Source: a virus (Duplodnaviria; Heunggongvirae; Uroviricota; Caudoviricetes). Taken from it: a DNA stretch of 64,000 nt. This document shows positions 28,516 through 39,200 of the stretch, one piece after another. The stretch is taken from positions 153,571-217,570 of the IMG/VR virus record IMGVR_UViG_2881684137_000004; one strand, written 5' to 3'. The stretch's first letter is position 1. Each line of letters begins with the position of its first letter. The notes below the pieces were generated by a model that was not told the DNA's origin, ran no database searches, and saw only the letters and a program-made list of their open reading frames with translations. A program made the translations under genes and the position numbers.

Positions 28516-29520
28516 ATGAAACAGAAAACCATTGTTTACGCTAATACAATTGATTGGGATCATCCACTACAGCAGCGTCCACATCACATAATGAAACTCT
28601 TTTCAGAGAATGGTTACAAAGTGTATTATGTGAATCAAAACAAGCGAACAGATAAGGTCAGAGATCGCATAAATGACAACCTAGAAGTGTATTATGATTT
28701 CGACGTGTTTTGTAGACGCGTACCTGAAGTCGATATTTATTTTTCCAGTTGGAGTTTTCGGTATGTGGATTTAGATAAATTAAAAGCAAAAGTAGTGGTT
28801 TATGATTCATTAGATAATTTTGAACAGAATGAGCCTGAAGAAATTAACATGATCAAAAGAGCAGACATTTTGTTCACGACAGCAAACACACTTTATGACG
28901 TTCGCAAGGAACAGCATGACAATATTGAAATCGTGCGTAACGGCTGTTTTGCTGAGTTTGTAAACAAAGAGTATGCAATACCTGCTGACCTAAAACCGTT
29001 CAAAGACAGTGGAAAACCAATCATACTTTTTTCAGGTGCTATGGCTTATTGGTGTGATCTTGAGCTGGTTGAAAAAGTAGCTAAGAAATATCAAGTTATC
29101 GTAGTAGGGATGCCATGGGCAATTGAAAAAATGCCTGAAGGTGTGCATTACCTTGGTAAGAAAAATTATAATGAGTTGCAGGCATATTATCATCATTGTG
29201 ATGTAAATTTATTACCATTCAAGCGTTGCCAAGTAGCCGACTTTTCTAATCCGATCAAAATGTATGAGGCTATGGTACACGGCAAGCCTACAGTTGCAAT
29301 GGACATTCCAGAGGTGTCTCACTATCCAGATGTTGTTTTATCCAGTGGTACTCATGATGAGTTTTTAAATAATGTAGAATATGCACTTCAATTATCTAAA
29401 TCACAAACCTTTGGTGAATTAGCTAAGTCAACTGCAAGACAGAATACTTGGTTACATAGATTCCAGCAGATGGACACTGTAATCAACAAGTACATTTTTG
29501 AAAATGGAATTCCACTATGA
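28516..29520 (+). CDS. Glycosyltransferase, GT-B fold (TuaH-like)
   Basis: QQRPHH, VYDSLD, VRNG, D.NLLPF, NPIKMYEAM..GKP.V. Confidence 0.88.
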   Translation: MKQKTIVYANTIDWDHPLQQRPHHIMKLFSENGYKVYYVNQNKRTDKVRDRINDNLEVYYDFDVFCRRVPEVDIYFSSWSFRYVDLDKLKAKVVVYDSLDNFEQNEPEEINMIKRADILFTTANTLYDVRKEQHDNIEIVRNGCFAEFVNKEYAIPADLKPFKDSGKPIILFSGAMAYWCDLELVEKVAKKYQVIVVGMPWAIEKMPEGVHYLGKKNYNELQAYYHHCDVNLLPFKRCQVADFSNPIKMYEAMVHGKPTVAMDIPEVSHYPDVVLSSGTHDEFLNNVEYALQLSKSQTFGELAKSTARQNTWLHRFQQMDTVINKYIFENGIPL

Positions 29521-30491
29521 AGCCCTTAAACATCTTGTTTACAAATACATGTCCTCTCATTAAATATGGAATGAAATCAGGCTTTGACAATCTTGGACAT
29601 CGTACATACATTATGGATGACCATTATCGTTTATGGGATAAAGATAAAGAGATTCAAAATGAGTTGTTTAAACAGGCTATTGAAGAGTACTCCATTGATA
29701 TCGTATTCACTGAACCATACGCAAATATGAGTGAAGGTATTTTTAAATGTACTCGTGAAAAAGGGATTTTTCATGTGTTTTGGTCAATCGAAGATACACC
29801 TCATGATCATTGGATAGGTGATTATTGGTCAGATTTTGCAGATTATATATTCACCACAACAGCAGAATGTTTGCCTAATTATTGGAGTAAAGGAAAAAAA
29901 GCAGATCTATTGCTGTTTGCTTGTAACCCAGACTACCATATGAAAACTGCTTCGATAGATAGTTACAGATTTGATTTAATAGTAGTTGGAAACAATTATG
30001 AGCGAAGAGAAAGTAAGGTTAAATCTTTTCTACAACCATTAATTAATAACAATATTAATATGAAGGTGTATGGGAATGAATGGTGGATAGATGAAACAAG
30101 GAGTTTCAATTTATTGAAAAGGCCGCATATTTATGGAGGATACTTAGCATATGAAGACATGCCTGCTGCCTACTCATCGAGTAAGATTGCATTTGGTTTA
30201 AACTTAGATGGTGATTCGTACACCCAGACATCGATGAGGATGTATGAAATTCTAGGGTGTGGTGGGGCACTGATGCTTTCTTATCACACTAAAGCCCAAG
30301 AGTTGTTATTTCATGATTTAGTTTACCTGCCAAAAACTCCAGATGAGGCACTACTAATGACAAAAGAAATACTGTCTATGACTGTTAAGCAGAGAGCAGC
30401 AAAGGCGAATAAGGCTCAAAAATTTGTTTATAAGTACCATAATTACACTAACAGGGCATCACAAGTAATTGATGCTTACAATGGTCGATAA
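29517..30491 (+). CDS. Glycosyltransferase, CgeB-like GT-B
   Basis: WSIEDTP, FACNP.YH, VGNNY.RR, SMRMYEILGCGG, H.Y..RA; ATGA overlap with previous gene. Confidence 0.85.
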   Translation: MKPLNILFTNTCPLIKYGMKSGFDNLGHRTYIMDDHYRLWDKDKEIQNELFKQAIEEYSIDIVFTEPYANMSEGIFKCTREKGIFHVFWSIEDTPHDHWIGDYWSDFADYIFTTTAECLPNYWSKGKKADLLLFACNPDYHMKTASIDSYRFDLIVVGNNYERRESKVKSFLQPLINNNINMKVYGNEWWIDETRSFNLLKRPHIYGGYLAYEDMPAAYSSSKIAFGLNLDGDSYTQTSMRMYEILGCGGALMLSYHTKAQELLFHDLVYLPKTPDEALLMTKEILSMTVKQRAAKANKAQKFVYKYHNYTNRASQVIDAYNGR

Positions 30492-30529
30492 TAATTTGAA
30501 ACAAACAAGTACAAGGGAGAGATTTGTAA

Positions 30530-31039
30530 ATGGCAAATTTAAAATTAAATCAACTGAAAAATAAAGTAGATAAAAAATACAATGGTAAGAAAAGAATTGA
30601 TCTTGGTGATAATTTTAAAATTGATATTGATACTGTGTTCAAACCTTCTAAAAAGAACGAAGTTTTACATGAGTATGCCTCACTATTTCAAGAGATGTTA
30701 AAGAAAAAAACAGTCTATTCAGACAGCAATCTCCTGACTGTTATCACGGCATTAATAATTAAAAAATTCACCTCATTGGAGACAGATGCTAAATCATATG
30801 AAGAGGTAATCGAAATGATGGAAATTCTACTAGACGGTGGCTACCTAAATAAAATAGTAGAAGCGTTAATGGGAGATGAAATGACAGCTTTAATAGAAGA
30901 GTTCGGCAAAGTTAATGAGGAAATTACAAATCATATTTATAAAGCAGCAGAAGAATTGGAAGAAGAAGCTAATACACTCAAGATCGATGCAGAATCTGTA
31001 GTAAATACTGAGGTTATCGACGATGAGCAAATCGTTTAA
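30530..31039 (+). CDS. Putative tail assembly chaperone (YomO-like position)
   Basis: Acidic helical protein; F.PSK..and IIKKFTSL motif; position. Confidence 0.5.
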   Translation: MANLKLNQLKNKVDKKYNGKKRIDLGDNFKIDIDTVFKPSKKNEVLHEYASLFQEMLKKKTVYSDSNLLTVITALIIKKFTSLETDAKSYEEVIEMMEILLDGGYLNKIVEALMGDEMTALIEEFGKVNEEITNHIYKAAEELEEEANTLKIDAESVVNTEVIDDEQIV

Positions 31040-31457
31040 GGATTTCGCAACTCTATTCAAACATATAAAAAAAGATTCCTCCAGGACTTTGAAAAAAGAA
31101 GTTGCTCCAACGATAACAAATGAAATGTCTCAGACCATTAAAGAAGTTACATATAAACAATACACTCCAACTTTATACGAAAGAACTGGAGAGCTTGCCA
31201 ATGTAAAAAATATGCAAGTTGAAATTATTGATAACAATACAATCGTTATCACAAATGAACGAAGTGATGGCGGCAGAGATGTAGCTAGGGTTGTAGCAGA
31301 AGGCTTAGGATACACATGGGAAAATTCAAAAATATATAAAATGCAACCATTTGAAAGAAACTTTTATGAAGACACAGTAGAAAGATTAAATGGGAATGGA
31401 AAGCATGTTGAAGCAATGAGAAAAGGATTGATCAGCATGGGATATACAGTTAAATGA
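31023..31457 (+). CDS. HK97 gp10-like / YomN-like tail-associated protein
   Basis: Y.P..YERTG.L..R.F.E.T..L. Confidence 0.55.
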   Translation: MSKSFKDFATLFKHIKKDSSRTLKKEVAPTITNEMSQTIKEVTYKQYTPTLYERTGELANVKNMQVEIIDNNTIVITNERSDGGRDVARVVAEGLGYTWENSKIYKMQPFERNFYEDTVERLNGNGKHVEAMRKGLISMGYTVK

Positions 31458-31482
31458 ACGATGAAATTTAGAAGGTGAAAAT

Positions 31483-32469
31483 GTGAGTGAAAAATTAGAA
31501 AAAATACCAGATGTAACTCAAGAGGAGTTTGATAAATTTGATGATTTTAATAAAGAGATACTTGAGGAGTTTTTACAGCAACAACATTTAAGTGAACAAA
31601 CGCTGTCACAGTACAATTCTGCATTAAAGATTTTCTTTAGGTTTGTTTATGAAAAGTGCAGAAATCTTCCTTTGTATGATCTTAAACCTCGACATGCCCT
31701 ACTTTATCAAAACTTTTTAATGGCAAGAGGGCTATCTTCAAGTGCTGTAAAGTTAAAGAGATCAGCAGTTTCTTCTCTCTGTGGTTATATTGAAGTGTAT
31801 AGATCAGATGAATACCCATTATTCAGAAATATATATAACAAGAAAATTCCAAATCCACCAAAGACACAAACACATGAGAAAAAGCCACTAACTGTTGAAG
31901 AACTACAATATTTAATTGATGAATTAGAGAAGCGTCAGGAATGGCAAATGATTGCATATATTCAGTTCAGTTATGATTCAGGTTGCAGGCGAGGTGAAGT
32001 TCGTCAATTATTAAAGGAAGTAGTTGATTATGCTTATGTAAAGGATCAGAAAACAGGAGACGAAAAAAACTACTATTTAACTCACAATATTCGATGTAAA
32101 GGAAGAGGGCGAATAGGCAAGGTAAGAAAATTAATTTTCTCAGATGTTTCCAAAGATGCTATTCGTAAATGGTTGAAGGTAAGAAGCGAAGATGACAATC
32201 CGTTTGTATTTGTAGTTAAAACAAGAGATGGCAAGGTAACTCAGGTCTCATTAGGTATATTTAATGATTGGTGCACTAATACTTTTAGCAAAATAATGGG
32301 AAGACGCGTACATCCCCACCAGCTTCGTGCTTCTCGTGCTACGAATTTAGTGGCATATGAAGGAAAAGATATTGAAAAAGTTAAAAATCTATTAGGCCAT
32401 CAGAGTTCAGAAACCACCAAAATATATGTTGTAAAAGAAGGCGAAGATGATGTTGACGATCTTTTCTAA
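31483..32469 (+). CDS. Tyrosine recombinase in late tail module (YomM-like)
   Basis: SGCRRGE, CKGRG, HPHQLRASRAT, LLGHQSSETT.IY: full R-K-H-R-H-Y set. Confidence 0.92.
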   Translation: MSEKLEKIPDVTQEEFDKFDDFNKEILEEFLQQQHLSEQTLSQYNSALKIFFRFVYEKCRNLPLYDLKPRHALLYQNFLMARGLSSSAVKLKRSAVSSLCGYIEVYRSDEYPLFRNIYNKKIPNPPKTQTHEKKPLTVEELQYLIDELEKRQEWQMIAYIQFSYDSGCRRGEVRQLLKEVVDYAYVKDQKTGDEKNYYLTHNIRCKGRGRIGKVRKLIFSDVSKDAIRKWLKVRSEDDNPFVFVVKTRDGKVTQVSLGIFNDWCTNTFSKIMGRRVHPHQLRASRATNLVAYEGKDIEKVKNLLGHQSSETTKIYVVKEGEDDVDDLF

Positions 32470-32478
32470 TCAGGAGGA

Positions 32479-32907
32479 ATGTATTTGAAACTATATAATT
32501 ACGAATTGAATCCTTTTGTTGAATTTCTTTTTAATCTAAAGCTCATTGATAAAAAGAGCAGGATGCGTTCACGCTTCATAAACTTACTTTTAGAAAAAGT
32601 TAAACAATTGGAACTAGACTATAAAATTCTCCTTGAGCAATACGGAGAAAAGAATGAAAAAGGTGAATTATTAAAAGTAGATACCGAGGATGGAAAAACT
32701 GGATATAAAATTAATGATATTCAATCGTTTCAGTCTGCAAATCAAGAACTGATGAGCGAAGAAATCATTCTTGAAGTCACAGAAGAACGAAAAGATATGT
32801 TTCTAACTGTAATTGATTCTATTCTAAATTGTGGTATTGAATTTGAGGGAACTGAAGCAGTTCAATATGACCGCTGGTGTGAAATAATCGAGCAAATCCA
32901 TAATTAA
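32479..32907 (+). CDS. Hypothetical phage protein (DUF1617-like)
   Basis: ..L.L..KSRMR.RF..LL..L..YG.K.E.G; AGGAGG upstream. Confidence 0.6.
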   Translation: MYLKLYNYELNPFVEFLFNLKLIDKKSRMRSRFINLLLEKVKQLELDYKILLEQYGEKNEKGELLKVDTEDGKTGYKINDIQSFQSANQELMSEEIILEVTEERKDMFLTVIDSILNCGIEFEGTEAVQYDRWCEIIEQIHN

Positions 32908-33085
32908 TACTTGCAAACATAACAAGACTTATGCGCCATTTATTCTTGCTAGTAATCCACTAAGACATGAATGGCGTTGCTCTTTATGTGGGGAATCCGG
33001 CATAGATGTTGCTTATAATATCCATGGTTTAAATTATTATCAACTACTAAGGTATTTTTCAAAATAACAAAATCATTCTTGAAAC

Positions 33086-33167
33086 AGTCCATGTCTCCAA
33101 TTAGATATGGGCTTTTTTGCTAATGAATCTCTGAGAGCAGACTCATACTACTGCTCTTTTATTTTTT
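33086..33167 (+). terminator. Two tandem terminator-like hairpins immediately upstream of the TMP RBS
   Basis: AGTCCATGTCT/AGATATGGGCT+TTTTT and GAGAGCAG/CTGCTCTT+TTATTTTTT. Confidence 0.6.
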
Positions 33168-33184
33168 CAGAAAGGAGTAGAGAC

Positions 33185-34918
33185 ATGTCAAACGATTTAA
33201 GAATCTTAGTAAATGTTGGTGTAAATGAAGGTAAATCAATTGGTGAAATAAATTCTGCAATTAGCAAAATATCTAAGAGTGACGCATTACGAAGCATAAA
33301 GCTAAAGTTGGATATAGATTCTAAAGTTATTCAAACTTTAAATGAATTTAGTAAGAACTTGAGTAAAATATCTCAAATCTCCAATACCCAGAATGCGGCT
33401 TTGAATGGTGTAACATCTCAAGTTAAAAATCAATCGGATGCTTTTGATAAAGCAGCAACATCTGCAAGGAACTATATAAAAGAACAAGAAAGATTATCCA
33501 GAATTACTGGTAAACAGACTACAGTTTACGGTAATCCAAATAATAGCAATAAAACTACTGTTAGTGGTCGGAGTGGTGGAATCCAGGATATTGTTGACTC
33601 CTATAATCCTAAAAAGGATTTGGCTGATCAGACTAAGCTTGCTAATCAGATTGCTGATGGACGGATCAAAGCTCAAGAGAAATTCGAAAAAATGGAAGCA
33701 GATTCCCAGAAGAAGCGAATTGAAGCAGCTCATCGATTAGCAAATGTAGAGAACAAGAGAATAGATGATCGGAAAAATTTAGAACGAGAATACGATCAGT
33801 TTTGGCAGAAATCTTTACATAGTCGAACTCAAGAAGAATTAAAAGTAGCCAACAAACTTGCTAGTGATCGCAAAGCACTCGAACAAAGTGTTGATGAAAG
33901 ATGGCAAAAGAATTTAAAAGAACGAGAGCAAAAACAGCAGAATCTTGAACAAGGCAGAATAAAGAATGAGAACCAAGCATGGCATCAGGCTCATTTAGAA
34001 AAAGAGAAGCGAGAACAATTCTTACACGGACAACGAGTTCAGGATACATACAGAGCTTACAGTTTGGCTCAAGCTGAAGATAAAAAATACAATCAGAAAA
34101 GATTGCAAGATGAAATCAGTTTTCAGCAACAAAAAGCACGTTTAGAAACAAAATTAGCCGATACAAATAGAAGATTTGGTGCAGACAACAAAATAAAAAC
34201 ACAGGTTAATGAATTAAATTCTGCATTGGCCAATACAGCTTACACTAAGAATTATCGAAATGCATTAGCAGATATAGACATTCAACTTAAACGAGTTGTG
34301 TCCACCGCTAATACGTCAGGATCGCACATTGATAAATTCTCTCAGCAGATGGGTATTGCTGCTTCAAGGACAATTCAATGGGGTTTGACAATGGGTGTGT
34401 TATATGGCTCATTAAACAAGCTAAAACAGGCTGTTGGTGTCATTCTAGAAGTAGATAAGCAAATTACCACATTGAAAAGGGTAATGAACGAAGATACAAA
34501 CTTCGAGAAGATGATGCAGGGTAGTATAAAGATCGCAAATGAATTGGGTAGATCGATAATCCAAGTTAATGATGCAATGACTGGATTTGCAAGACAAGGT
34601 TACTCAGAAGATCAAGTATTGGCATTGAGTAAAACTGCAACGTTAATGACAAACATCTCTGAGTTGTCAGGCGATGAAGCAATGAGTTCGCTCACAGCTG
34701 CCATGACAGTATTCAATATTGAAGCAAGTAATAGTATGCGAATTATAAATTCTTTAAATGAAGTAGACAACAACTTCGCCATTGGCACTAAAGACCTTGC
34801 TATTGCTATGCAAAAATCAGGATCAGTTGCGAAGACATTCGGCGTAAGTCTTGAAGAATTAGTCGGACACACAGCAGCCATTGGTATTCAAACTAGAGAA
34901 AGTGGAAGCATTATCGGT
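33185..34918 (+). CDS. Tape measure protein, exon 1 (578 codons)
   Basis: AAGGAG RBS before ATG 33185; TP901-type core ..LNEVDNNFAI..GVSLEELVGHTAAI..TRESGSIIG ends at intron. Confidence 0.88.
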
Positions 34919-36283
34919 AAACAACTTGCCGCCTAATGTAGTAATGCATTAGTGAACATTTTACTATATCGGGGGAAGCGTTGGGGAACGTAATCCCGAG
35001 GGAAGATTATTGTGAGGAAATAGAAAAAGTGGTGATATGGATTTTAATAAAAGATCAAAAAGTTGTTGTTGTATGGAACACTCGAAACAAAGCTGTCTTT
35101 CAAGGGTTTGGTTATATCTTTACAAGTTTTGGCGACAGTATTACAGTTGAGCTATTGGAATTGACTAAACATTCACGTACAAAAGTCAATGTTGAATGTG
35201 ACTATTGTAAAAAAGTTTATAAACTACCCTATGCGCAGGCACAACGTGCTGAGAGACATTTATGCTCAAAGCAGTGCAGACATCTAATCGATAAGATAGA
35301 AAGCAGATGTTACATATGCAATATAAAGACACTAAAAAATAGAACACAAATGAATAAAAGGCAATCTGAATTTACATTTTGTAGTTTGAAATGCGTAGGT
35401 TCATATAATTCTAAAGTTAGAACAACTCACATATCTAAAGATTGCTTGATATGCAACAAACCTTTTAAAGTAAAACCCAGTACCTCTGAGACTCAAGTAG
35501 TGTGTTCTATAAAATGTCAAGCTTCTTGGCAGTCAATGTATCTCAGAGGAGAAAGCGCTAATAACTTCAAAGGTGGAAATGTAGATCTAACTTGTAGTAC
35601 TTGTACTGAACAGTATTCGGTAGCTCGACATAGAATCAATTCTTCTAAGTTCTGTTCTCAGTCTTGCAAACAAGATTATTGGAAGAATTACATTCTTCAT
35701 AATGAAGCTTTCAAAAAAGCACACTATGAAGGAAACTTGAGGTGGAGAGCGAATATTAGACAAACACTTCCCGAAAAAATGGTAAGAGAATGGTTAGTGA
35801 ACAATAATATTGATTTTATGCAGGAACAAGGATTTTTTCATAAGTACTATGCAGACTTTTGGTTAAAAAATACAAATATTATTATTGAAGTTTTCGGAGA
35901 TTATTGGCATGCAAACCCTCTAAAATATAATTCCGATAATTTAAATGAGCACCAAAAAGCACAGATCATAAAAGATGAGCAGCGGCTTAACGACTTTAAG
36001 AAACATGGTTTTAATGTTTTAATACTATGGGAAGATGATATTTATAATCATCTCGATAAGCTAATGAAAGACAAATTACTCACAATATATCCCCTTAACG
36101 ACTACACGTAGAATACCCTAATGGGGTAATGATATAGTCTGAACTTACGCTATAACCTTGTATTCTTTAAGGCGTAGAGAATCGGTCGAGTGTAAAGACA
36201 CTCTAGGGAGTACCGATTCCGCTATTTCAAAGGAAGTAGAAATAGTCAGTAGCTTACTTAAAGTAAGTGAAAGTAACAGATTG
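34919..36283 (+). mobile_element. Group I self-splicing intron (1365 nt) with homing endonuclease in P6
   Basis: P1 CGGT^AAACAACTTGCCG with U.G at splice site; P4 ATCGGG/CCCGAG; P6a TATTGTGAG/CTCACAATA; R AACGACTAC (36097-36105); S GATATAGTC (36131-36139); terminal G36283; splicing restores RESGSIIG-NSLKTIYSRL in frame. Confidence 0.92.
35041..36111 (+). CDS. Intron-encoded homing endonuclease: Zn-finger repeats plus Vsr/DUF559 (EDxHD-type) nuclease
   Basis: Repeated CxxC..CSxxC; PEK..YADF..IEVFGDYWH..KD..R..GF.VL.LWE; start probably ATT 35041 or GTG 35029-35032. Confidence 0.85.
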   Translation: MLIKDQKVVVVWNTRNKAVFQGFGYIFTSFGDSITVELLELTKHSRTKVNVECDYCKKVYKLPYAQAQRAERHLCSKQCRHLIDKIESRCYICNIKTLKNRTQMNKRQSEFTFCSLKCVGSYNSKVRTTHISKDCLICNKPFKVKPSTSETQVVCSIKCQASWQSMYLRGESANNFKGGNVDLTCSTCTEQYSVARHRINSSKFCSQSCKQDYWKNYILHNEAFKKAHYEGNLRWRANIRQTLPEKMVREWLVNNNIDFMQEQGFFHKYYADFWLKNTNIIIEVFGDYWHANPLKYNSDNLNEHQKAQIIKDEQRLNDFKKHGFNVLILWEDDIYNHLDKLMKDKLLTIYPLNDYT

Positions 36284-39200
36284 AATAGCTTAAAAACCAT
36301 TTACTCTAGACTTACAACAATGGATTCGGCAATAGGTGCACTTGACAGCGTTGGTGTTTCAGTCAAAGAATCAAACGGACAAATGAAGTCAGCAACAACA
36401 ATCATCGATGAATTGGCTGGAAAATGGGATGGACTTAGTGCTGCAAAGCAGCAAAATATTGCTGTTGACATAGCTGGCCGTTATCAACTTTCACGCTTCC
36501 TTGCTCTAATGGGTGGATATGATCTGGCAATTTCAGCTACAGAAGCAGCTTTAAACTCACAAGGCTCTGCAATGCGAGAAAATGCCAAGTACATGGAATC
36601 ACTCGAAGCACGAATCGAACGAATGAAAACACAATGGCAAGAGCTTGCTCTAACAATGGGCGATGCGGTACTAACCAATACACTGATTAACCTAATTAGT
36701 GTTGCAACAGAATTGGGCAATAGCTTAGTCACTGTAATTGATAAGTTCGGGTTATTCCCTCCGCTTTTAGGTACTGTAGCAATGGCTTATGTACTTTTTT
36801 CTGCCAAAGCCAGAGCATCAATATTAAGTGTAATTGGTATAATCACCGCTAAGACTAGTGTATTGCACAGTGTAACAGTTGCTACGACAATATGGGGTAC
36901 TTCCATGGGGATGTCAGGCGTTGCTGTTCGAGCATTAACTGTGGCTACAGTTGGTTTAACGATGGCTGTTAGAGGGCTAATGATTGTAACAGGTGTTGGA
37001 TTGGCTGTTGCAGCGTTAGGTTTTATAGTTGAAAAACTTGTCAATAAATTCGGAAATGCAAACAAAGTAATTGATGAAACTAGCATGTCTATTGATAAGT
37101 TGAACGAGTCGGCCTCAAATTTAAATGGTCTAAAAAAGCTTGCATCTGAATATGAGAAGTTCAAAGATATAACCGATTTAACGCTTGAGGATAAAACTAA
37201 ACTAGCAACAATTGAAAACGAACTAGCTAGTTCATATGGAATTACGACAACATCATTGCTTGAAAATAAAGATGCCTATGAAGTAAATAATGCTCTTATT
37301 GAAGAATCAATCAAATTAAAAGAAAAAGAATTGGCATTAAAATATGAGAATGAGATACTTTCATATAAATCAGATAAAAGCAATATCGATCAGCAAATCA
37401 TTGATAGTAAGAACAGATTAAAAGCGTTTGAGGATGAGAAGAAAGCACTGCTAGAGTTGGAAAAGCAAGGTGAAAACTTAAAAAGGCAAGATTTAAATCT
37501 CACCGGAGATGAGATGCTTAAATACCAGAAGAAAGACCGAAAAATGGGTCTTCTTGTAGATGTCTCTTGGAATCCGTTAGAAATTCTAGCTGCTAAAATT
37601 AAAGAAGCCAACAGTAAAATAGATACTGAACTAGTTAAGCTTGATGAAAACCTCAGCAAAAAATCATCTAGTATTTCTGCCAAGCTGAAAACATCAGCTA
37701 CCATGCTTAAAAACAATGGTGTGGAAATTAAAGATGCATCTTCTATTTTGATAGATGGTTTTTCAGCAATTGCTGCAATTAATGATATTGACTTTGATAA
37801 CTCAACTGTTCTTGAAAAGATTGTTAAAGAACTAAATTCACTTGATATAACTTCGATAGAAGATGTAGAAGCTGCTTTTAATAAATTTGGTAATGCAGCT
37901 GGGAATAACACAGACGCTTTGGAGATCTTGAAGAATGCTTATCTTCGTTATCAGGTAGCGATTAAAAGCGGCTCTTATGATAGTGGCGAAGATCCTGCCG
38001 ACCAGTTTGAACAAGATGCTAAAGCAGCTAAAGATGCAGCTAAAGAGTACGACAATCTGGTTAGTGACTTAAAAAAATTAAATCAAACGCTTTATGATAC
38101 AAGAGATGGAAAGTCATTAACAGCCGAAGCCACACAAGAATTAATAGCCAATTTCCCTGAACTGTTAGATGGTATTTATAAAACTACAGCAGGATGGGGA
38201 ATTGAAGAAATTGCCTTGAATGATTTAAGAGAGGCAATTATCGAGAAGGCGACTCAAGGGTCAATTAGTGAAAAAAATGCAACGGCTGCGGCTCTAAATG
38301 AAATTACCAAGAGAACAAAGATGTACGGTGTTGAAATCGAAGCCATTAATGACGTCCAATCGGCTCGTGATGCCCTGGTAAAATTTGATGAGAAGATAAG
38401 TTTTTATGAAAGCCAAGAGCCTAATACATATGGGCAAAAATTAATGTGGGAAGCATTAGCGAACCAAGTCAGGACTCAAAAAGAGGCTCTTGAGGGATTG
38501 GTCAATGATGGAGCACTAGAAGATACTACTTATAAGGCATTTCAATCACACCTGGATAAACTTAATGACATTTTTAATGACAAAACTTTCGGTGTAACAG
38601 AGAGCACAAAAAATAGTACAAAAGCCAAAGAGAAAGATAACAAAGAAACCAAAGAAACAATTCGCCTGTTAACAGAGTGGCAGAAAAAGTTATTAGATGT
38701 TGATAATTCGCTTCACAAAGTGTACAGCGATCGCACACGTTTTGCGAAATGGTCTAAGGAGTATCAAGATTCTTTAAAAGAGGAAATTAGACTTCTTAAC
38801 GAAAAAAAAGATATTTATAAAGAAGCTACTAAAGATCCTACCAAGCTCATGGAGATTGAGCAGACCATTACAAAGACGACATCAACAAAAACTGGTACGC
38901 CTTCTACGAACACAAACACGAATACAAACAATACAGCAAGTACACCAGCTTTAACAGCGTTATTTGATAAAGCAAAAGAATTATATGGAAGTTTTAAGTA
39001 CGAACAAAATGGTGGGAAATTCGTTGGAACTTTTGAAGAGTTTCTGAAAAAGGCTGAATCAGATTGCTCACAACTTGTTCAAGAGTTTTTCAAAGAATTT
39101 CTTAATATCGATGTTCCGCGAGTTGCCGCTGACCAGTTCAAGCAAGGAATGAAAGTCGCCAAAGAAGAACTTGCTCCTGGTGATCTCGTTTTCTTTAACA

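Noticed and set aside
30530-31457. Programmed -1 frameshift in a tail assembly chaperone pair
   Set aside because: No convincing slippery heptamer near the end of 30530..31039; the next gene has its own ATG and GAGG RBS.
32949-33092. 47-codon minus-strand ORF (MDCFKNDF..) or toxin-antitoxin-like locus before TMP
   Set aside because: GGAG is only 2 nt from the ATG and overlaps a terminator stem; no hydrophobic toxin character.
36158-36283. N-terminal 42 codons of the 1878-aa ORF
   Set aside because: This is intron P9 region that happens to be open in frame; TMP homology starts at N36284.
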